This document shows positions 1 through 6,649 of a DNA stretch of 15,747 nt, one piece after another (the first letter of the stretch is position 1; each line of letters opens with the position of its first letter). The notes beneath the pieces were generated by a model that was not told the origin of the DNA, searched no databases, and was given only the letters and a program-made list of their open reading frames with translations. A program made the translations under genes and the position numbers. This stretch comes from Tubiluchus corallicola (taxonomy: Eukaryota; Animalia; Priapulida): positions 1 through 15,747 of the forward strand of contig JAQGDQ010002508.1 of assembly GCA_030141605.1 (NCBI GenBank), read 5' to 3'.

Positions 1-1502
1 TGGAGTAGCAGGTGCAGCATTAGGATAGACAATACTGAAGTAGGCAATTACAACTTAGATGAGGCCGCAAAAACGCTTTATCCAATAGACACAAAACAAA
101 CACCAAAAGAACTTGCTCTAAAACTTTCTCAGATATTAAAGCATGCAGGGATTATTATTAATTTGAGGGAAATACCTAATGAAACTAGTTATGCAGATAG
201 TTCTTCATTAATAAATGAGTATGCTATTTCTTCTTTGTTACCAGATATTTATCTGGAAAAGCATGAAGACAATTGGTACTTTTCTAAGTATACAACAAAC
301 AATATAATTACACTCCATAAAGATATCTACTTTGGTATAGACCTGTTTTCTTATGCTTCTGGTTGGTTTGGAACCAGCTCATTTTTAGGGATTTTTGTGT
401 GGCAGTATGTTGCCCTATTGCTTCTTATTACTGTAGTGGTGTTTACTCATAAATTATTATCAAAAATTTTAAGAAAAACTCTATTTACTCTCTTAATAAA
501 GTATCGCCATCAAGAATCTACGACTAATTATGCTTTTCCTATTGTAAGACCTTTAGCCTCCCTCATACAGTTTCCTATCCTTTTTTTATTAGCTACCATT
601 ATTCAGCTTCCCCTGTACACTAAATAGTTACATTATCACAAGTTTAAAAATAATATGGCCTATTTGTAAAATAATTACTTACACAAATGGTCAATCCTTA
701 ATATTTCTCACAAAAAACCAAAGCAGATAAAGAAGAAACTAAATTAGATACACACTTTTTAACTCTTTTTAGAAAAATACTAAAAGTAATAGTTCTTGTA
801 GTTGGTTGTTTTAGCATCTTGCACAACTTGAATATCAATATAGTACCACTATTAGCAGGTTTGTCTATTGGTGGTTTGGCAGTGGCATTAGCTGCTCAAG
901 AAACAATAAAAAATCTTTTTGGCTCTATTATGATATTTTTAAGCAAGCCCTTTAAAACAGGCGATTTTATAGTTACAGATGAAGTTATTGGTACAGTAGA
1001 AGAAATAGGATTTAGATCTACTGGTATTAGAACCATCAAAGACTCTATGGTTTACATTCCAAATGGGCGACTTGCAGATATGACAATAGAAAACCTTGGA
1101 TTAAGGACTTATAGGCAATACCAAACAAGCCTCACTATTACATATGACACACCAACAAGCATTATTAAAGCTTTTGTTAAGGGATTAAAAGAACTTCTTG
1201 CCAATAAATCCTATGTAAGAGAAAGCAACAACTTAGTGTTTTTTAGTGATTTGGGTGCACACTCATTGAATATTTTGCTCAGAATTTACTTTAAGGCAGC
1301 CACATACTCACAAGAATTGACCTATAGAGAAGAAATTCTGTTGGAGATAGTAGACTTAGCAGAGCAACTTGGAGTAAATTTTGCCTTTCCTACACAAACA
1401 CTTCATGTGGAAACATTTCCAGAAAAAAAAGGCAACTCACCTGTATACTTGAATGATAATAAAGAGATAGAAAAAAAATTAGATAAATTTTTTGAAAAAT
1501 AA
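1..1502 (+). pseudogene. mscS: Mechanosensitive ion channel, MscS family with large N-terminal extension; 5'-incomplete and disrupted by at least two frameshifts around 610-701 (real decay or assembly error)
   Basis: Frame 1 is open from base 1 to TAG 625-627 (…ELALKLSQIL…WQYVALLLL…IQLP). A plausible continuation lies in frame 2 at 620-664 (LNSYIITSLKIIWPI). Frame 3 is open from 702 (…ETKLDTHFLTLFRKILKVIVLVVG) into ORF 819-1502, which has the MscS motifs LAGLSIGGLAVALAAQETIKNLFGS, KPFKTGD, GTVEEIGFRST, IPNG and FAFPTQTLH. Confidence 0.85.
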
Positions 1503-1512
1503 ATAAAAATTG

Positions 1513-1543
1513 TTGTCATCAAACTTTTATTTAATTAAATTAG
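1513..1543 (+). promoter_or_regulatory. Candidate Bacteroidota sigma-70-type promoter for the GH109 operon
   Basis: TTG at 1513-1515, 20-nt spacer, TAAATTAG at 1536-1543 (one mismatch to TAnnTTTG). Confidence 0.4.
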
Positions 1544-1566
1544 CATTACTAATGCAAAATGTATGA

Positions 1567-1590
1567 AATGAACGCTGTACAGTGTTCATT
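1567..1590. promoter_or_regulatory. 24-nt near-perfect palindrome in the GH109 leader (candidate operator or RNA hairpin)
   Basis: AATGAACGCTGT|ACAGTGTTCATT: 11 of 12 positions are Watson-Crick complementary, the remaining pair is G/T. Confidence 0.5.
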
Positions 1591-1616
1591 AAACACACAA
1601 AAAAAGTAATAAAAAA

Positions 1617-3065
1617 ATGAAAGAAATAGACATTTTAATGGGAAATCGTAGAGGATTTATTAAAAAAGCCTTATTAAGCTTAGGAGCTGTTACGGTAAGT
1701 AATAATTTGATGACCTCATGCAGTACACCTACCGTAAGACAAACTCAAACATTTAATATGTGCAACTTCTCTGCACCGCCAATTCCTACGGTAAGAGTGG
1801 CTATGATAGGATTGGGAAACAGAGGTTCAGGAGCGGTTAGAAGACTTTCTCAAATAGAAGGGGTAGAAATTAAGGCACTGTGTGATATAAGAAAAAATTC
1901 TGTTGAGAAGGCTCAAAAAACGTTGAAAAAATATAATAAAATTCAGGCAGAAGAGTACTCTGGTAGCAAAAAAATATGGAAAAAAGTTTGTGAACGGGAT
2001 GATATAGATATGATATATATTTGTACAGATTGGAAAGTCCACACCCCAATGGCAGTATACTCTATGAATAACGGAAAACATGTCGCACTTGAAGTGCCTG
2101 CTGCAAAAACAATAGACGAGTGTTGGGAGTTAGTAGAAACATCAGAAAGGACTAAACGACACTGTATGATGTTAGAAAATTGCTGTTACGACTTTTTTGA
2201 GCTGTTGACGTTAAATATGGCGCAACAAGGATTTTTTGGAGAAATAGTTCACGCAGAAGGAGCATATATTCACAATTTGATGGGGTACAATTTTAATAAG
2301 GATGCCTACTATGACATGTGGCGATTAAAAGAGAATAAAAATAATGGAAATTTGTATCCAACCCACGGATTAGGACCTATTGCACAATGCCTTAACATTA
2401 ATAGAGGCGATAAAATGGACTACCTTACTTCTATGTCCACAAAAGATTTCTCTATGAGCAAAAAAGCTAATGAATTGGCACAAAAAGATGAATTTTTCAA
2501 ACCATTTTCCAATAAAACTTATAGAGGAAATATGAACACCTCTTTAATAAAAACACACAATGGAAAAACAATGATGTTGCAACATGATGTTACTTCGCCA
2601 AGGCCCTACTCTAGAATACATCTACTTAGTGGCACGCTGGCAATGGCTCAAAAATGGCCAAAGACATTTATCTCCATTGGAGAAAAAGAAGTATCAAGTG
2701 AAGAAATGGAGCAGCTTAAAGAAAAATATACCCCCGACATCATAAAAATCATTGGAGAAGAAGCCAAAAAAGTAGGAGGACATGGAGGCATGGACTTTAT
2801 TATGGATTGGCGCTTAATCTACTGCTTGAGAAATGGATTGCCATTGGATCAAGACGTATATGACGCTGCATCGTGGAGCTGTATAACCCCACTTAGCCAA
2901 AAATCATTAAATAACAAATCAAACTCTGTAGACATACCTGACTTTACGAGAGGTGCTTGGAAAAAGAACAAGCAAGTCAATGTCAATAATTTTAATGAAA
3001 AAGTTGATTTTTTTATTAAAAAACGTGTAGGTAATGGGCTTAGAGTATATAGCAAAGAGATTTAA
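1617..3065 (+). CDS. NAD+-dependent glycoside hydrolase family 109 (alpha-N-acetylgalactosaminidase-like; Gfo/Idh/MocA fold), probable Tat-exported lipoprotein
   Basis: Twin-arginine signal NRRGFIK, hydrophobic stretch and MTSC lipobox-like Cys. Rossmann IGLGNRG, ALEVPAA, MMLENCCY, YPTHGLGP and the GH109 catalytic GGHGGMD motif. The start could be the second ATG at 1638. Confidence 0.9.
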   Translation: MKEIDILMGNRRGFIKKALLSLGAVTVSNNLMTSCSTPTVRQTQTFNMCNFSAPPIPTVRVAMIGLGNRGSGAVRRLSQIEGVEIKALCDIRKNSVEKAQKTLKKYNKIQAEEYSGSKKIWKKVCERDDIDMIYICTDWKVHTPMAVYSMNNGKHVALEVPAAKTIDECWELVETSERTKRHCMMLENCCYDFFELLTLNMAQQGFFGEIVHAEGAYIHNLMGYNFNKDAYYDMWRLKENKNNGNLYPTHGLGPIAQCLNINRGDKMDYLTSMSTKDFSMSKKANELAQKDEFFKPFSNKTYRGNMNTSLIKTHNGKTMMLQHDVTSPRPYSRIHLLSGTLAMAQKWPKTFISIGEKEVSSEEMEQLKEKYTPDIIKIIGEEAKKVGGHGGMDFIMDWRLIYCLRNGLPLDQDVYDAASWSCITPLSQKSLNNKSNSVDIPDFTRGAWKKNKQVNVNNFNEKVDFFIKKRVGNGLRVYSKEI

Positions 3066-4119
3066 TATTTTAGGCACGATAAGGCAAATAGCACCCTTTA
3101 ATAAGGGGCATATTAATGATACATATGTCATAATAACATTAGAAAAAGAGTGTGCTGATTATTTACTTCAAAAAGTTAATCACAATGTGTTTAAGGAAGT
3201 AGATAAACTCATGGAAAACATTTTTCATGTAACCCAACATATTCGACAAAAGCTAATCAACCTCTCTGTTGATGATGTTGAAAGAAAAGTATTAACCCTA
3301 GTACCAACAAAAGATAATAATACCTTTTATTTTGATGGGACAAACTATTGGCGTTTATATTTATTTATCCCCGAAAGCAAAAGTTTTGATGTCGTAAAAA
3401 ATGAAAACATAGCCTATTGCGCAGGAAAGGCGTTTGGTAGTTTTCAATATTTGTTATCAGATTTTCCTGCTAAAACTCTGCATACTACCATTGCCAATTT
3501 TCATAATATAGCCTCCAGATTGGAAAATTTTTACCAAGTTGTAAAGAAAGACACCATTGGAAAAGTGGACGAATTGCAAGAAGAAATAAAGTTTGTGAAG
3601 GACAGAGAAGAAGAAATGAAACAGCTGCTAACATTAGGCAACAAAAACAAAATTCCAGTCAGAGTTACGCACAACGATACAAAAATTAACAATGTATTGT
3701 TTGACAATCAAAACAACGTACTTTGCATTGTAGATTTAGATACCGTGATGCCAGGGTATGTACATTATGACTTTGGAGATGGAGTGCGAACAATCACAAA
3801 TACAACTTTTGAAGATGAAAAAGACTTAAACAAAGTAAAGTTTGATATAAAACTATACGAAGCATTTGCCAAAGGGTTTTTAGAAGATACTTATACTATG
3901 TTAAATAAAGTAGAAATTGAAAATTTAGCATTTGCTGGTAAATTTTTTCCTTTTATCATGGGATTGAGATTTTTGACTGATTATATAGATGGTAGTTGGT
4001 ATTATAAAATAGAATACCCTAAACATAATTTACAAAGAGCCAGAGTGCAATTTAAACTACTGCAAAACATGGAAAAGCAGTATAGCCAAATGCAACAAAT
4101 AATACGCGATATTTTATGA
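3034..4119 (+). CDS. APH/choline-kinase-fold phosphotransferase, N-acetylhexosamine 1-kinase (NahK)-like
   Basis: Motifs GHINDTY, YLLQKVN, RVTHNDTKINNVLFD (HxDxxxxN catalytic loop), VDLDTVMPG, YDFGD and LRFLTDY. Overlaps the GH109 3' end by 32 nt. Confidence 0.85.
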   Translation: MGLEYIAKRFNILGTIRQIAPFNKGHINDTYVIITLEKECADYLLQKVNHNVFKEVDKLMENIFHVTQHIRQKLINLSVDDVERKVLTLVPTKDNNTFYFDGTNYWRLYLFIPESKSFDVVKNENIAYCAGKAFGSFQYLLSDFPAKTLHTTIANFHNIASRLENFYQVVKKDTIGKVDELQEEIKFVKDREEEMKQLLTLGNKNKIPVRVTHNDTKINNVLFDNQNNVLCIVDLDTVMPGYVHYDFGDGVRTITNTTFEDEKDLNKVKFDIKLYEAFAKGFLEDTYTMLNKVEIENLAFAGKFFPFIMGLRFLTDYIDGSWYYKIEYPKHNLQRARVQFKLLQNMEKQYSQMQQIIRDIL

Positions 4120-4146
4120 TTTTGGAGAAACGCCAAAGCTGTTTAT

Positions 4147-4179
4147 AAAGCGTGTTCACGTAAGTGGTGACGCTTTTTT
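4147..4179 (+). terminator. Probable intrinsic terminator after the GH109-kinase operon
   Basis: AAAGCGT-gt-TCAC-GTAA-GTGG-tg-ACGCTTT hairpin with a GNRA loop, running into a T tract, 27 nt after the stop. Confidence 0.55.
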
Positions 4180-4211
4180 ATATTATTGTTTTAGGAATGA
4201 AAAGAATTAAA

Positions 4212-4242
4212 TTTGTAACTCCACAAAAAAACAATACCTTTG
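4212..4242 (+). promoter_or_regulatory. Bacteroidota -33/-7 promoter for lgt-ndk-tsaB
   Basis: TTTG at 4212-4215, 19-nt spacer, TACCTTTG at 4235-4242 (perfect TAnnTTTG), followed by an A-rich leader before ATG 4282. Confidence 0.75.
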
Positions 4243-4281
4243 TAGACTTGAATAAAGGAATTTAAAGAAAAATTATATAAA

Positions 4282-5397
4282 ATGGGGTTTTTTAATTTCA
4301 TAATATGGTCAGCAGAACCCGAAATATTTCCTAATATATCGTGGCTACCCATAAGGTGGTATGGCTTGTTGTTCCTTGCAGGATTTGTTATAGGTCAACA
4401 ATCTGGATATTTTATTTTTAAAAAAGAAGGGAAGCCTGTTAAAGACGTTGATACTCTTATCTTCATACTATTGATATGTACCGTAGTAGGAGCAAGGCTT
4501 GGGCATGTTATTTTTTATGATGCAAAGGAGTATTTAGCAAACCCAATAGAAATACTCAAAGTATGGGGTGGGGGATTGGCGAGCCATGGAGCAGGTATAG
4601 GTATATTGATAGGGCTATATATATATTCAAGAAAAAAAGCTAACACAGGGCAAACATTTTTGTGGATAGCCGATAGAGTAGTAATATTTATAGCCATTGC
4701 AGGAGTTTGTATACGGATGGGAAACTTTATAAACTCAGAAATAATAGGCACACCTACTAATAGCGACTATGGTGTTGTATTTGCCAAAGAAGTGGTAGAT
4801 GTAATAAAATATAATGAAAACACCGTAGAAGAGGTGTCTTTTAATAAGGCAAATGAAAATGATACAATAGCACAAGGGAAAAGCAACCCAATGACTATTA
4901 GTGTAGAGTTTAAAAGACACATTCAAGTTGATAGTATAGCTATGCAGAAAGTGAATAAAATCAAACGTATTTTAGGGATTTCAAAAATAGCACAACAACA
5001 TGTAGTTGTACCTCCCTATGAAAGCTCCGTAAAGATTTCAAAAACTAAGCAAAATACCATTCAAGCTGACTTTCTCATTCAAGGAATAGCACGTTACCCA
5101 GCACAACTTTATGAAGCTTTTTCATGTTTAATTTTAGCAATTGTATTGCTTCTTATTTGGCTCAAAAAGAAAGAAAACGTACCACAAGGAATGCTTTTAG
5201 GTATCTTTTTGGTAGTCATATTTGGGCTTAGGTTTTTTTACGAATATTACAAAGAGAATCAATCCAGCTTCGAGGAAAACATGACTTTAAATATGGGGCA
5301 AATACTTAGTATTCCTATGATAATCATGGGAGTCTATATTTTATTAAATCTTAAAAAATTTAATAAAAACTTGAAGCATAGAAAAAAAGTAAATTGA
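4282..5397 (+). CDS. lgt: Prolipoprotein diacylglyceryl transferase with a ~100-aa internal insertion
   Basis: IRWYGLLF, VGARLGHV, WGGGLASHGA, RMGNFINSEIIG, PAQLYE, LRFFYEYYKE and MGQILSIP motifs. Confidence 0.95.
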   Translation: MGFFNFIIWSAEPEIFPNISWLPIRWYGLLFLAGFVIGQQSGYFIFKKEGKPVKDVDTLIFILLICTVVGARLGHVIFYDAKEYLANPIEILKVWGGGLASHGAGIGILIGLYIYSRKKANTGQTFLWIADRVVIFIAIAGVCIRMGNFINSEIIGTPTNSDYGVVFAKEVVDVIKYNENTVEEVSFNKANENDTIAQGKSNPMTISVEFKRHIQVDSIAMQKVNKIKRILGISKIAQQHVVVPPYESSVKISKTKQNTIQADFLIQGIARYPAQLYEAFSCLILAIVLLLIWLKKKENVPQGMLLGIFLVVIFGLRFFYEYYKENQSSFEENMTLNMGQILSIPMIIMGVYILLNLKKFNKNLKHRKKVN

Positions 5398-5426
5398 TAA
5401 ACAAAAAACCGTAAATTAAAAAACAC

Positions 5427-5846
5427 ATGAATAATTTTACTTTTTCCATCATTAAACCTGAAATAGTAAAGGATAACAAAATAGGCGAAGTATTACAGAA
5501 AATTGAAAGTGCAGGCTTTAATATCGTTGCAGCAAAACTAATAAAGTTAACACAAAAAGAGGCCGAAAAATTTTATGCGGTACATAAAGCAATGCCTTTT
5601 TATGAATCTCTTTGCCAATACATGTCGTCAGGTGCTATTGTCCCCTTAGTATTGCAAAAAGAGAATGCTGTAGAGGAATATAGAAGGGTAATAGGCAAAA
5701 CCAACCCTGATGAAGCTGCTGAAGGCACTATTAGAAATTTATTTGGTAGGAGTGTAAGAGAAAATGCTGTACATGGTGCCGACAGTGTAGAAAACGCAAA
5801 AATAGAAGCTAACTTTTTCTTTTCTGAAATAGAAAAGTTTTTTTAA
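5427..5846 (+). CDS. ndk: Nucleoside diphosphate kinase
   Basis: 139 aa with TFSIIKP, FYAVH, PFY, MSSG, IGKTNP, GTIR and NAVHGADS (catalytic His). Confidence 0.96.
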   Translation: MNNFTFSIIKPEIVKDNKIGEVLQKIESAGFNIVAAKLIKLTQKEAEKFYAVHKAMPFYESLCQYMSSGAIVPLVLQKENAVEEYRRVIGKTNPDEAAEGTIRNLFGRSVRENAVHGADSVENAKIEANFFFSEIEKFF

Positions 5847-5878
5847 AATAAGTCTACTACCATTAAACAAGCCTATTT

Positions 5879-6577
5879 GTGCCTTGCATATTAAGCATAG
5901 AAACCTCTACTAATGTTTGTTCTATTGCTGTGCACCAACACAACTTGCTTTTCGCGCAAGAAGAGTATCATATCAACAATTCTCACTCTGAGCTGCTAGT
6001 ACCTATTATAAAACAAATGTTAAAAAATGCCAATATTAAAGTTGAAGAAATAGATGCCGTAGCCGTGTCCGAAGGCCCCGGATCATATACAGGGCTTAGA
6101 ATAGGAACATCTACTGCAAAGGCTTTTTGCTATATGTTAAATAAAAAACTTATTGCTGTCAACACACTTGATGCTATGAGCTTACAGGTAGTAGATACTT
6201 TATATCAAAAAGGACAAAACAATAACATTTTGCTGTGCCCAATGATAGATGCAAGACGAATGGAAGTCTATTGCCAAGTGACAGACACAAAGCTGAATAA
6301 AAAGCAGGATACTACACCAAAAATAATAAACAAAGACTCATTTATAGATATATTAAGCAAAAATAAAATGATTTTTTTTGGTAATGGGGCAGCAAAATGC
6401 AAAGATACATTATCTTACCATACCAATGCGATGTTTATAGATGGGCTCTATCCTACGGCAAAATATGTAGGAAAAATAGCCTGTAACAAATACAATGACA
6501 ATCAATTTGAAAATGTTATTGCTTTTGAGCCCGTATATCTAAAGAAATTTACAACTCAAATAAAACGCAAAAAATAG
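5879..6577 (+). CDS. tsaB: tRNA threonylcarbamoyladenosine biosynthesis protein TsaB
   Basis: ILSIETST, HSELL, AVSEGPGSYTGLRIG, PMIDARRMEVY and FEPVYLK motifs; GTG start. Confidence 0.95.
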   Translation: MPCILSIETSTNVCSIAVHQHNLLFAQEEYHINNSHSELLVPIIKQMLKNANIKVEEIDAVAVSEGPGSYTGLRIGTSTAKAFCYMLNKKLIAVNTLDAMSLQVVDTLYQKGQNNNILLCPMIDARRMEVYCQVTDTKLNKKQDTTPKIINKDSFIDILSKNKMIFFGNGAAKCKDTLSYHTNAMFIDGLYPTAKYVGKIACNKYNDNQFENVIAFEPVYLKKFTTQIKRKK

Positions 6578-6597
6578 TAATTTTATTTTTTTTTATA

Positions 6598-6605
6598 TAT
6601 CTTTA
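6598..6605 (+). promoter_or_regulatory. Possible -7 promoter element for the lipoprotein gene
   Basis: TATCTTTA (one mismatch to TAnnTTTG) 44 nt upstream of ATG 6650. No clear -33 TTTG. Confidence 0.3.
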
Positions 6606-6649
6606 CAGCGAAATATATTTAAAATAAATTAAATTAAACATTTATTATT

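Noticed and set aside
163-627. Independent 154-aa membrane protein as called in the ORF track
   Set aside because: The frame is open from base 1 and the sequence continues into MscS through frameshifts, so it is a fragment.
3034-4119. Aminoglycoside resistance gene
   Set aside because: It has the APH fold only; GHINDT, HNDTK and DLDTVMPG motifs and the GH109 neighbour point to a sugar kinase.
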